DNA of 64,000 bases. Source: an uncultured delta proteobacterium. Lineage in GTDB: Bacteria; Desulfobacterota; Binatia; UBA9968. The notes below the pieces were generated by a model that was given only the letters and a program-made list of their open reading frames with translations, searched no databases and was not told where the DNA came from. The stretch lies in contig CAVWLW010000014.1 in the NCBI GenBank assembly GCA_963755715.1, positions 1 to 64,000 of the forward strand, in the 5' to 3' direction. Shown in pieces: positions 52,165-63,180 of the stretch. The position numbers and the translations under genes were made by a program. Position 1 is the first letter of the stretch. The number at the start of each line of letters is the position of its first letter.

Positions 52165-52281
52165 GTCGGAAAATTGGGCGGTGGTTCGGTTTGGGAAAGA
52201 TCTCTCACGGAGTTTGCCCTGAGCATCTGTATCGAAGGGTTCGAGATGACAAAATGCATATTTAGTTGTCATTCCGGGCGG

Positions 52282-52414
52282 CAGACTGTGTGAAAACACC
52301 GTTCATGGTTCGACTAGGCTCACCACGAACGGTGTAGTCTCATTAGAAATAGAGTACTTATCCGTTCGCCCTGAGCATCGTCGAAGGGCTCCGAGAGAGT
52401 TTTCACACAGTCTG
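52282..52414. mobile_element. 133-bp MITE with 16-bp TIRs and 4-bp TSD, inserted in a REP
   Basis: CAGACTGTGTGAAAAC / GTTTTCACACAGTCTG; GCGG duplicated at 52278-52281 and 52415-52418. Confidence 0.8.
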
Positions 52415-52508
52415 GCGGAGCGAGGAATCGTTCTCGATGTTAAGCCTCATGGCTGATTCCGAAAATTGATCAAAAGGGCGAAGCATGCTGCGCTCTTTGG
52501 TCAATTTC

Positions 52509-53667
52509 TTACGCCGGTACCAGTTCCGGCTCGACCGGATAGTTCGATAATATCTCAGCGCCGTCGGCTGTGACTCGGAGTAAGTGTTCGAGCTTCACCG
52601 GATAGTGGTTGATCTCGAGGGCGACGATCATGTTTTCTTCGAGCGAGATCATGTATTTTTCCGGATCGCCGCCGCGGAGCCACGGCGATTCGTAAATGCA
52701 CAAGCCGACGCCGTGGAAACCATCAAAGCCGGGCAGTCGCGCCGCCGCGCCTTTGCCGAAATGGCGAAACGCTTCCGTGCACGGACCCGGCTTGACGAGT
52801 CTCAACGCTTCTTGCAACGAATGATAGGCTTCTTTGTAGCGCTGTTTGGTTTCAGCAGTGGGCGTGCCGTGGCTGAACGTGCGCGCGAAGTCGCTGTAGT
52901 AGCCGCCGGGCCCGGCGACCGTGGCATCGCAGATCACCAAGTCGCCGTCCTTTACCACAAGATCGGTGCCCATCGGTTCGTTGTGCGGTCGCTTGTCGGC
53001 AAGCGAGGAATCGTAGATCGAAATAAACTCGCTGCCCGCTTCGAATCCCTGATCCATCAGATAGTCGAGCATGATTCGGCTTAGTCTGTCCTCCGGCGGG
53101 TTCGACTCACGCAAGGCTTGACGCACCAGATCATAGCCGCGCTCCTTCGCTTTCGTCGTCCAACGAATGAGCTGCAATTCATCGGCGCGTTTTCACTACA
53201 CGGGCTTGATTGATCGCCGGCCAGCCGTCGACGAGTTGAATGCCTTTTGCTTTCAAACCGTCGACCGCGGTTAAATTTAGAAAATCCACGCCGACACGCT
53301 CGCCGGCTGCGCCCAGTTGCTTCAGACCCGTGATCGCTTGATCGACAAAATCTTCGGTCGCGATCGCCGGACGCATGGCGAACATGTAAGCGTCGAAGCG
53401 CAGGCTGCGATAATGGCTCTTGCGCGACAACTCGCGTTGACAAATCAGCGGCTCTCCTGCGACCGGCACGAGGACGAAGCGCTGGATGCCCGTTGCGCGC
53501 AGCCCGAGCATCATAACCGTATCGGTCGCATAGCGAATATTCAAAAAATCGGTGAGCAGGAGCGCGCCGAGCCCTTCGTGCTTCATCGCCGCTTGCAATC
53601 GATTGAGCCGGTCGCTGTTCAACCGCTCCATATCGACGCCGAACGGCGTCAGGTCCGTGTGAAACAT
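52509..53667 (-). CDS. M24 (Xaa-Pro peptidase/creatinase-like) family protein (frameshift ~53185)
   Basis: Creatinase-like N-domain; GYYSDFARTF, HGVGL..YESP, ALE, LEH; AGGAGG RBS. Confidence 0.85.
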
Positions 53668-53779
53668 GATTCCTCCTGTTGTCGAGTCAAGTCCTCGCGT
53701 ACTGCCAATCGGGATGGGAGTCAAGGCTGTCTATTCCCGTCGCGCCTCGACTTGTCTTTCTAGACCAACTTGGTAAGTA

Positions 53780-55418
53780 ATGAGTCGAGTAGAAATTATG
53801 GATAACACATTGCAGGAAATTCTCACCTTGGTCGAGAAGGGCACGGTCGAGCAGCGCTGCGCGGCACTGCTCGTTCTTGGCGCGGTAAAGGCCAATAGCG
53901 CGCCGGTGGTGAAGCTGGTTGGAACTTTGCTCGATCATGCAAATCCGGTGGTTAAAGATTACGCGCTGCGCTACTTCGAAGAAGTCCAGCCCAAAAATAA
54001 CATCGCGCAGTTGCTCAAAATGCTCGACGACTCGGATAAAGAGATCCAGGAGCGCGCGGTGCGGTCGCTGAGCGCAGCGGGGCAATCGGCCGTGCAGCCA
54101 CTGCTTCAGAGCCTTGCCGGCGGCTCGCGCGTCTGGCAACTCAACGCCGCGCGGGTGTTATGCCATGCGCGCGGCAAAGGAGCGATGAAAGGGCTGTTGC
54201 AGCTGCTCGCCGACGGCACCGATGAGACAAATCGGGTTGTCTGCGATCTCCTGACGCCGGCGCTGCGAGAGATGGACGCTAAGGAACAGGAGGCGTTTTA
54301 TGACGAGGTCGAAGCCTTCGCCGCCAAGCTCAACGTAAAGCAGCAGCGGCCGGCGCTGGTTTCGACGATGCGTCTCTTGGGTCAGCTCGGCCGCCCGCAG
54401 GCGCGGCGCTGGCTGTTCAAATTCATCGGCGCCGAACATCATCCGGCCGTGCGGGCGCACGCGCTGGTGGCGCTGCTGCGCTGCCTGCGTGAACAGGACA
54501 TCCGCAAAGATGAATATACGAAACTATTGCCGATCCTCGAGGAGGCGGAGTTCAGCGAAGCGACGCGGCTGGTAGTTGAATTGCTCGAGGCGCACGGCTT
54601 GCCGGAGGACTCCCGCGCATTGCTCGCCAAACTGATGCAAAGCCCGCACACGGATCTGCAGAAATTTGCCCTCAGAAAGATGGGCGATATCGGCACGCCC
54701 GCTACGGTGCGCACGTTGGTCGAGCAGTTGGGCGATGCCGATTATCGCAGGCGTGATGTCGCCGCAAGCTCGCTGCGCAAAATTCCCGACGCGCGCGCCG
54801 CATTGATTAAAGAACTGTCAACTTGCGCAGACGCGAGCAAAGCCTGGAGCATCGCCGAGCTGCTGCCTTCGTTCGAAGGAAAATGGCGTCAGGATACCTT
54901 GGACGGATTATGGCAAAGGCTAAAAGACGCCATCGATAATGAAGAGCGCATTCAGACCGCTTTTCTCCACGTGTTGAAGCAGGCGGATCCGGCGTATGTC
55001 TACCAGCACCTGGCGGAGCAAGGCGCCAAGCTGGTTAAGGCGAAAAAGTATAAAGAGGCGGTAGGTTTTTTGACACCGCTCAAAGATTTCCCTGAGTTCA
55101 AACCGGAAAATAAATTTCAGCTCGCTGCGGTGCAGCTCAAACTGCACGTGCACACGGTGGCAAGCCACAAAAATCATCCCGCGGTGGAGCTGATCGCCGA
55201 TCTTTGCCGCAATAGCGCCTATCCGGTGTTCGAAGCGTTGAGGAAAGAAAAAACCCTCGCGCCGGAAGACCTCTTCGCGCTCGGCTTCAGCATGGCCGAG
55301 CGAAGCGGGCAAGAGCGCGGCCTCGGCATCGACTCTGCTCGAACACATCGCGGAGAAATTTCCGCGCAATAAGATCGGCAAAAGCGCCAAGAATAAACTC
55401 AAGCTCGCCGGCGTTTAA
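53780..55418 (+). CDS. HEAT-repeat domain protein (frameshift near C-terminus)
   Basis: Repeated LL.D.D..VR..A...L units; tail KFPRNKIGKSAKNKLKLAGV* in a shifted frame. Confidence 0.75.
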
Positions 55419-55576
55419 ACTGCTTTGCGCTTGACCTGAAACGCGGGCTTCGCAAGCTGTGCAGTCCGCCGAGTTCTTTCCTTCCAAATCAAGCGGGGTT
55501 GCGTCCAGTGTGCCCGCGCGCAAAATTGATCGTTAGCATTCTACGAGCCCGGTCCACATCGGACTGGATTTACTCA

Positions 55577-55605
55577 TTGACAGGCAAGCACGAGTTCGCT
55601 ACCGT
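55577..55605 (+). promoter_or_regulatory. Putative sigma70 promoter
   Basis: TTGACA-N17-TACCGT upstream of 55700. Confidence 0.55.
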
Positions 55606-55699
55606 TTGCTTCGATTCGGCAAACCAGCACGGGTTACAAGAAAAATCCGGTTTTAGAATTACGGTGGTTTGATTCCAACTTAGTTCTTGGAGGTGGGTC

Positions 55700-57591
55700 A
55701 TGAGCAAAGATAGTTTCGATCGGCGGGCCTTTTTGAAAGGCGCCGCGGCCACGGCGGCGGCGGTCATCGGAACGCAAGTGGCGGCGACAAACTCACCGGC
55801 GCAAGGCGCCGAGTCTAACGGGGAGCCCAAAGATGGCGCGCAAACCAGAGACAAGATCATTGGCCGGCCGGGTTCCGATTATATGGTCGACGTGATCAAA
55901 GCGACCGGCATGGAATATATCGCGTCGAATCCGGGATCGAGCTTTCGCAGCCTGCAAGAATCCATCATCAATTATGGCGGCAATAAGAAACCCGAGTTCC
56001 TCACCTGCACCCATGAGGAATCTTCGGTGGCGATGGCGCATGGTTATGCCAAGGCGTCGGGAAAGCCGATGGGTATCCTGGCGCACGGCACCGTCGGTCT
56101 GCAACACGCGACGATGGCGGTCTACAACGCCTGGTGCGATCGGGTTCCGGTGATGATGTTCGCTGGTAATTTCCTAGATGCCAACACGCGGCGACCCGGT
56201 GTCGAGTGGTATCACTGCGTGCAAGATCCGGCGGCGATCCATCGCGATTTCACCAAGTGGGACGACCAGCCGGTATCGTTGCAGCATTTCGCCGAGTCGG
56301 TGATGCGCGCTTATAAGATCGCTACCACACCGCCGATGGGACCGGTGCTGATCACCGCCGATGGCGATTTAGCGGAACAGCCGGTGCAAGACGAAAAAAA
56401 ACTAAGCGCATGCCCAAGCTCACCATGTCCATCCCGCCGCAGGGCGACAGCGGTGCGGTGACGGAAGCTGCAAAGTTGTTGGTGGCGGCGCAAAATCCGG
56501 TGATCTTGGCCGATCGCGCGTGCCGTTCGCAGGAGGGCATGAAACGCATCGTCGAATTAGCGGAGGCATTAAACGCTCCGGTGGCGGACATCGGCGGGCG
56601 GATGAATTTTCCCACGAGTCACTATCTCTGCCGCAGCTTGGACAAACGTTCACTGGTCGGGCAGGCCGATGTCGTGCTCATGCTCGAGGTCGCTGATCCC
56701 TGGGGACAGTTTAATACCATCAGCGACCCGCACCACGAATATCGCCGCTTGTCCAAACCGGATGTCAAAATCATTCACATTTCTCTCGGCGATACTCTGA
56801 CGAAAGCGAATTACCAAGATATGCAGCGGTTTATGCCGGTGGATCTGGCGATCTCCGGCGATGCGCAGGCGACACTGCCGGCATTGATCGAGGCGGTAAA
56901 GAGCGCCGTGGGTATGTCCCAGCGCGCCGCGATAGCCGAGCGCGCGACCAAACTGCGCGAAGACCATCGCCGCATGAAGGACCGGGCGCGTGCGGAGGCG
57001 AGCCCGGGCTGGGATGCGACGCCGTGCAGCACCGCGCGCACGTCCGCACAGTTATACAACGCGATCAAGAACGAAAAATGGTGCGTTGCCGTTTCCAGCA
57101 TGCAATGGAACAAAAACCTATGGCCGGCGACGGAATATTATAATTTTATCGGTGGGTCCGGCGGCGCCGGTCAGGGCTACGGAGCTCCAGCTGCCGTCGG
57201 CGCGGCACTCGCCAATCGTGACAAGGGCATCATCACCGTCTCCATCGAGGGTGATGGGGATTTGATGTACGCGCCGGGCTCGCTTTGGACCGCGGCGCAC
57301 CACAAAATTCCGTTGCTGATGATCGTGCACAATAACCGCGCTTATCATCAGGAAGTGATGCATCTGCAAAAGATGGCGAGCCTGCACAATCGCCGCATGG
57401 ATACGGCGGCGATCGGTACCACGATCGAAAATCCCAATATCGATTTCGCCAAGCTGGCGCAATCGATGGGCCTATTCGCGGAGGGGCCGATCAATGATCC
57501 GGCAGCGATCGGACCGGCGCTGTCGCGCGCGCTCGCAGTGGTGAAGCGCGGCGAGCCGGCGCTTGTTGACATCGTGTCGCAAGGACGCTGA
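55700..57591 (+). CDS. ThDP-dependent enzyme with twin-arginine signal (frameshift ~56405)
   Basis: DRRAFLKGAAA signal; THEE; EGDGD...VHNN. Confidence 0.88.
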
Positions 57592-57603
57592 AGAGGAGTT
57601 GGG

Positions 57604-57960
57604 ATGCGTACTTTAATTTCAACGGTGCTGTTGTTCATGATTACGTCCATTGGGCTTGCGCAGGAAACGCCGCCGGCAGGCTCGGCGGAGCGCGGCCATC
57701 AGACCTTCATGAAGTACATGTGCTACACCTGTCACGGCACACTTGGTCAGGGTGCTGACCGCGGCACCGGCCCGAAGTTGGCGCCGGGCTCGCTGCCTTA
57801 CCCGGCGTTTGCGCTCCAGGTGCGCACGCCCCGCCTCGATATGCCGGCGTACCGCAAGGAATTCGTCAGCGATCAGGAGTTGGCGGATATCTATGCATAT
57901 CTTTTGACCGTCAAGCCGTCACCTGCGGCGAAGGATATTCCGTTGCTGAAATTTGACTGA
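57604..57960 (+). CDS. Monoheme cytochrome c
   Basis: Sec-pathway signal peptide; CYTCH; distal Met (MPAY). Confidence 0.93.
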   Translation: MRTLISTVLLFMITSIGLAQETPPAGSAERGHQTFMKYMCYTCHGTLGQGADRGTGPKLAPGSLPYPAFALQVRTPRLDMPAYRKEFVSDQELADIYAYLLTVKPSPAAKDIPLLKFD

Positions 57961-57993
57961 TCGATTATCAGACGCATCACGCGCGGATAAGAG

Positions 57994-58029
57994 AAGGCCC
58001 GATCTGTGATCCAGGTTGGGCCTTTTTTT
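57994..58029 (+). terminator. Rho-independent terminator
   Basis: AAGGCCCGATCTG...CAGGTTGGGCC-TTTTTTT. Confidence 0.8.
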
Positions 58030-58063
58030 GCTGCTTATAGATGATGAGGAGTAAGGTCGGGAT

Positions 58064-58378
58064 ATGAAGATTATCGCATTCTATGCGTTAGCAGCCGCGC
58101 TGTACGTGACCGGCGGCACATTCATGAAATATTCCCAGGGACTGACGCGTTTATCTCCGACATTGGCGCTCGTGACAGTTTTCAGCGCCGGTGCCTTGAT
58201 TCAAGCATGGGCGATGAAGCATGAAGCACTGGGTTCGAGTTACGCGGTAGTGCTCGGCCTAGAAGCGCTGCTCGCAGTCGTTGCGGGCAGTATAATTTTT
58301 TCTGAAGAGGTAACTATGAGGATACTCTGCGGTGTGACGCTCGTCGTGCTCGGAATCGTCGTACTGCGATTGAATTAG
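58064..58378 (+). CDS. SMR/DMT family small multidrug transporter-like protein
   Basis: 104 aa, four TM segments, MKYSQG; lacks the usual Glu in TM1. Confidence 0.75.
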   Translation: MKIIAFYALAAALYVTGGTFMKYSQGLTRLSPTLALVTVFSAGALIQAWAMKHEALGSSYAVVLGLEALLAVVAGSIIFSEEVTMRILCGVTLVVLGIVVLRLN

Positions 58379-58415
58379 ACGCAGCTTGCTTGCTGGCTTG
58401 TTTCACCGAACCGAT

Positions 58416-59252
58416 CTATAGTCCCGTCGTTAATTCCCACCAGTTTTTATCCAAATCGCTGAAAGTAAAATTCATTTTGCCGTTTGCGCTTTCCAGTTTG
58501 CCGACTTCGGTGATCTCGAGCGTCTCTCCTTGCTCGGTGAATTCCCGGTGGGCGTGTTCGACATCCGCCGTCGACGCCATCTGCAGCGTGAATCGGTTCA
58601 CCGGAGCGAGGTATTGCCGTGGACTTCGCTGCAACACGACGATGTACCACGGGCTCGAAGGATGCTTGATGTATTGCGCCGTGTTGAAACCGGCGGCGAT
58701 CTCCAAGCCCAACACTTCGACATAAAAGCGACGGCTTCTCTCGACGTTATCGCATTGCAAGGTGCCGTGGGTAAAAGCCTGCGGCAGATAACCGCGGCCG
58801 GGAAAGCGATCGACGGTTAAAGGATTCTCCCAGTGGCCGGCGGTGTGCGAGCGGCCGTGCAATGCGCCGCCGGGATTGTAATATTCGATCTCGAGGTGGT
58901 TGCCGCCCGGCTCGCGAAAATAGATCGAGTACGCAAAGTGCGCGCTCTGCGGTTTAGTGATTTTGCTGAGGCGATATTTGTCTTTGTGAGCCTCGATGTA
59001 TTTCCACGCGGCTTCGACTTCTTCATGCGTGCCGACGCGAAAGCCGTAGTGGTTGTCGAAGGTTTTCTCCGGCGCGTTGGGCCCGCCCTCGTGCATGATC
59101 AGGCGCCAATCCGTGTTCGGATGTTTGAGCGTTGCTTCGCCGGCTTTTCGTTCGACGACTTCCATGGCCAGGAGCTCGGTGAAAACCGGCAACGTGTCGT
59201 CGAGTGAGCGGCACTCATAATGTCCGGCAACGAGGCCTGTGGTTTTTAGCAT
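58416..59252 (-). CDS. Two-domain VOC family protein
   Basis: HYGF, YFREPGGNHLEI, FSDLDKNWWE. Confidence 0.85.
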   Translation of the reverse strand: MLKTTGLVAGHYECRSLDDTLPVFTELLAMEVVERKAGEATLKHPNTDWRLIMHEGGPNAPEKTFDNHYGFRVGTHEEVEAAWKYIEAHKDKYRLSKITKPQSAHFAYSIYFREPGGNHLEIEYYNPGGALHGRSHTAGHWENPLTVDRFPGRGYLPQAFTHGTLQCDNVERSRRFYVEVLGLEIAAGFNTAQYIKHPSSPWYIVVLQRSPRQYLAPVNRFTLQMASTADVEHAHREFTEQGETLEITEVGKLESANGKMNFTFSDLDKNWWELTTGL

Positions 59253-59342
59253 GTTTCACTCCTGAAATGCGTGAATATCCCTGGCATAAAACTACTTATC
59301 GTAAGCGGCCGGTGCAAGAGCCTTTCAAACACTGGCTTTGAG

Positions 59343-59418
59343 CGCACCCCGAATGTTTTAATCGGGGGCCATTTCGAAATTCGCCTGGATTCCCGCTAAA
59401 AACATGCGGGAATGACGA
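59343..59418. repeat. REP-like doublet
   Basis: CCCCGAATGTTTTAATCGGGG and ATTCCCGC-TAAAAACAT-GCGGGAAT-GAC hairpins. Confidence 0.65.
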
Positions 59419-59506
59419 TTCTGGGAGAGCTACCCACCACTGCTATGCCACAAGCTGCAGGAATTGACCCCAGAGAGATTAAAATTTCTGATCGGCTCGG
59501 CGCTAC

Positions 59507-60499
59507 TCATCGTTTTGCGCCCTCAGGATAGAGTTCCTTGAGAAACCCTTCTTTTTCTAGTTCTTGAATCAACGAATTGTCGATTAGACTATCGAGATTC
59601 AGCTTGGCGTTCTTGGCTTCCGGAATACTGTCCAGCGCTTGCTGAATTCCTTCGCGTCTCACCAACGGCACCGTCTCCCAGGCTTCGCGGTAAACGTCGT
59701 AGGTTTTGGAAAGAATTTCTCGATCACTGGTTTTAATATAGCGGCCTAAGGTTTCCATGGAGAATTCTTTATCGGTCTTAAAGAGTTTAATGCCTTCAAT
59801 ATAGACGCGCAAAAAACGTTTCACGGCGGAGCGCTGAGCGCGCAGGAAATCTTTGCTGACGACGATACCTTGAGTCGAATAGTTCAACGGCAATTTGCGC
59901 AGATCGATCAAAACTTGAAAGCCCAACTTCTCTGCTTGAAAGACTTGATCGACATTTAATATTGCGCCGTCGACGGCGCCCGACGTGAGCGCCACCATGC
60001 GCTCGCCAAGGCCGCCCATTTGCGCGACCTGGACGTCTTGGTTCGCTCGTAGTTTGTAAAAGGCCAGAGCGTCGCGCAGCGAGACATCCGACAGCGAGCC
60101 GAAGCGGCTGATCGCCACTCGCTTGCCCTTCAAATCGTCGGGCTTTTTGATCTTTGGATTGACCATCAGCACATTGAGCGCTCGCTCGATGCCGCCGGCG
60201 ACCAGAGCCAGCTCGGCGCCTTTCACCCAGGCCGCGACGGCTGAAGGCGGCGCCAGGCTGGCGACACCAACGTCGCCGGAAAGCAAAGTCTGGACGATCA
60301 AAGAACCGCCGGGCATGTAGATAAGCTGCGCTTCGAGTTGGTTCTTCTTGAACAGTCCGGCGCGCTCGCCGAGATAGAGCGGCGCTTGGAAGCCGGAGAT
60401 CGAGACGTAGGGGATTTTGAGAGTTTGAGCCGAAGCAAAATCGTTCGAGAACAAAGCAAGAAGAAAACTTAGAATCAGGAACGTCGCTTTTCGATGCAC
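59507..60499 (-). CDS. ABC substrate-binding protein, NMT1/SsuA-like
   Basis: DLKGKRVAISRFGS, DNSLIQELEKEGFL. Confidence 0.9.
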   Translation of the reverse strand: MHRKATFLILSFLLALFSNDFASAQTLKIPYVSISGFQAPLYLGERAGLFKKNQLEAQLIYMPGGSLIVQTLLSGDVGVASLAPPSAVAAWVKGAELALVAGGIERALNVLMVNPKIKKPDDLKGKRVAISRFGSLSDVSLRDALAFYKLRANQDVQVAQMGGLGERMVALTSGAVDGAILNVDQVFQAEKLGFQVLIDLRKLPLNYSTQGIVVSKDFLRAQRSAVKRFLRVYIEGIKLFKTDKEFSMETLGRYIKTSDREILSKTYDVYREAWETVPLVRREGIQQALDSIPEAKNAKLNLDSLIDNSLIQELEKEGFLKELYPEGAKR

Positions 60500-60534
60500 G
60501 ATTTGCCTCCTTGCCGGTTTAGCGGAATTCGGTC

Positions 60535-60564
60535 GAGATTCCTCGGCTTCGCCTCGGAATGACA
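60535..60564. repeat. REP-like palindrome
   Basis: GAGATTCCTCGGCTTCGCCTCGGAATGACA; same family as the REP interrupted at 52268-52429. Confidence 0.65.
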
Positions 60565-60587
60565 GCTCGTGAATTTAACACCTTCAT

Positions 60588-61583
60588 CTAATTTCTGTAG
60601 AGGGTTTTCAGGAATCCCTCCTTTTCCAATTCGTCGAGAATTGTCGAATCGATGAAGCGGCGCGGGTCGGCGGTCTTTGCGCCGGGAATTTTCTCCATGC
60701 CTTCGAGGATTGTCTTCACGCCATCGACCGAGGTGCGCGGGATACGTAGCATATTTTTCGCCTGAAGCACGTAGGCTTCCTTTACTTCATCGCGGCTTTT
60801 CGCCCGCGTCCACTTTTGAATGACCTTGATGCTGAAGTCTTCGTCTTCTAAATAAGTTTTCATGCCTTCGAGAAAGCCGCGCATGAACCGCTTTGCCGTG
60901 TCGTGCTGGCCGTCGATAAAGCGCTTGCGCGTGACCACGGTGCCGGTGATGTAAGTCTTGCCGATCTTGGTCATGTCGAAGAGCTCGGTATAGCCGAGAT
61001 TTTTCGCGCGAATATTGCTCGGGATCGAGATCGGCGCGGCATCGATGACGCCGCTCACCAAGCCCTGCACGAGAAGCCCCATCTCGTTCAACTGCACGAT
61101 CGTCACGTCGGTCGCGGGATCGAGGTTCCACATTTTCAACATCGCGCGCGCGAGAGCGTCGGGAGTGGAGCCGATACGCGTGACGCCGACCCGTTTGCCT
61201 TTGAGATCGGACGGCGTTTTGATCTTTGGATTGACGATGAAACTGTAGAGCGGTTTGTCGAGGATCGCGCCCATGAACAGCGTGTCCGCGCCGCTCAGGT
61301 TGGAACTGACGCAGGCATCGGTAACCGATTGTGCGACGGAGACTTCGCCCGCGAGGAGCGCCTGCAGCGCCAGAATACTGCTGGCGTGCACAAGCTCGAC
61401 GTCGAGGCCGTGTTTTTTGAAATGGCCGGCGTCGTAGGCGATCCATGGAATAGCCTGATTGACCGTGATGGCGCTGTAAGCCAGCCGCAGTGGCGTGGTT
61501 TTGCCGGTTTCCGCGGCGGTGGCTGAATTCGCTATGAGGGCAATGATCGCCATCAGGAGGAGAAGCCTAGCTACGGCATGCAA
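60588..61583 (-). CDS. ABC substrate-binding protein, NMT1/SsuA-like
   Basis: GHFKKHGLDVEL, DLKGKRVGVTRIGS, DELEKEGFL. Confidence 0.9.
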   Translation of the reverse strand: MHAVARLLLLMAIIALIANSATAAETGKTTPLRLAYSAITVNQAIPWIAYDAGHFKKHGLDVELVHASSILALQALLAGEVSVAQSVTDACVSSNLSGADTLFMGAILDKPLYSFIVNPKIKTPSDLKGKRVGVTRIGSTPDALARAMLKMWNLDPATDVTIVQLNEMGLLVQGLVSGVIDAAPISIPSNIRAKNLGYTELFDMTKIGKTYITGTVVTRKRFIDGQHDTAKRFMRGFLEGMKTYLEDEDFSIKVIQKWTRAKSRDEVKEAYVLQAKNMLRIPRTSVDGVKTILEGMEKIPGAKTADPRRFIDSTILDELEKEGFLKTLYRN

Positions 61584-61704
61584 AACCTGCCCAAATTGAT
61601 CTTTTCATAATTGGTTCTCGAGTGATTTCCTGAAGAGAAGGGAAGATCTTCCAACTCCTCGATCGTTGTGGCTGATATCGGCCTGGTCAAAAAGTCGCCT
61701 GCGG

Positions 61705-62731
61705 TTACAAGATTGTACAGCGCTCGGGCGTTGTCGCTGACGATTTTTTTTGCCAGTGACGGAGTGAGACGCGGGTCCGCGCTCAGATTATGAATCGCCA
61801 GCAGTTCAGTGGCGCTGTCGGCGTGCGCGTAATCCGAGCCGATGACGATGTTGTCATCGCCGAGCTTATTCACGATGTACGGGATGTCGTCGGTCGTTTC
61901 GCAGGCGACGTAGATCCGGTCCTGGCGCAGGAAGTCGCTTTTTAGTTCCTTGCCTTTGATACGAAAACGTTTCGCCAGATCGGTGTAGGTGTAGGGCAGC
62001 CATTCGGCGCTGATTTCCAGAAAACCGATGCGGAGCTTGGGAAAGCGCTCGGGAATCCGATCCATCACGATGGAATGAAACGCGCCGACGCAATTCAACT
62101 TAAACTTTGAAAAGCCGACGGTCTCGTACTTGTAGTAATTATACAGCGTCGCGCTGCCGTTGGCGGCGTGGATACAAATCGCCAAATCGAGACGGCTGGC
62201 TTCTTCGTAGAGCGGAAAGAAATACGGATCGCTGAGCAGCAAATCGCCTTCGGTGCCGCGCATGAAAATGCCGCAGGCGCCGTTTTCTTTGGCGAAGCGC
62301 GCTTCTGCGATGGCTTGGTCCATCGTCATCAGCGGCACCACTGCGGCCCAGCGCAGCCGCTCTTTTCCCTGTTTCCAGATGTCCGCGAGCCAGCGGTTGT
62401 AGCTGCGGCTGAGCGCTAACTCCACTTCGGGGCGCGGCGTGAGCGGTATAAGAAACAGCGTCGGATAGAGGACCTGGATGCTGACACCGAGCTCGTCCAT
62501 GTGCTTCAGGCGAGCCGGCACGTCGCGCATTTCGCGCGAGGCTTGTGGCGTGTTGCGGCCGACGTTGCCCGACTTTAAGCGCAGCGTGCCGTCGACCAGC
62601 CAGTACTCGTCCTTCGACTCGCCGCCGGTCGCTTCGACGATCCGCGGCCGGTATTTGTGCTCCGCGCCGTCCATAGATTCCCAAGTCTGCTCGGTTTCCA
62701 AGACATGCGCGTCGGCGTCGATGGTTAGCAT
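61705..62731 (-). CDS. Amidohydrolase_2 family protein
   Basis: IDADAH, GSDYAH, NARALY; the likely true stop at ~61705 is masked by an extra base. Confidence 0.9.
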
Positions 62732-62806
62732 GGTAAAGTCCTCGCTCTCTACGTCGGTTGCGACCAGCTGGGCTGTAACAGTTGATTGGCGTCTGTCTAT
62801 TTGAGA

Positions 62807-62875
62807 CCCTTCGACACGCTCAGGGCGAGCGGATTAAGGAAAAACCGTTCGTGGTGAGGCTCTCGAACCATGAAC
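62807..62875. repeat. REP doublet
   Basis: CCCTTCGACACGCTCAGGGCGAGCGG...CCGTTCGTGGTGAGGCTCTCGAACCATGAAC; reverse complement resembles the MITE interior. Confidence 0.75.
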
Positions 62876-63180
62876 AGTAGATGCCATTTACGGTTTTCAG
62901 TCCACTAGTTATGGTTGGTTCATAACATCGCAATTTATTCCCCGTCAAATGCGGTGTAATGAATGACCGGATGTTTGTGCTGATTTCCGGAGCAAAGGAT
63001 TTGGATTGCCGGATTTTACAGTTTTCTCCTTGTCCCGTTTTTCCTGTCGCCGAAGGTTAGCGATTACACGCTTGCGCTCCCGCAGCCCCTAATTGACTTA
63101 GCCTATTTGTTTCTTATACTCATCCAGCCTTTGGACACACCGGGACTCCAGCCATAACATCAGAGATACGGAGGTACGAG

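Noticed and set aside
55420-55700. TPP or c-di-GMP riboswitch upstream of the ThDP gene
   Set aside because: No CTGAGA core. GGCAAACC is present, but the rest of the c-di-GMP-I architecture was not found. An Infernal scan would settle it.
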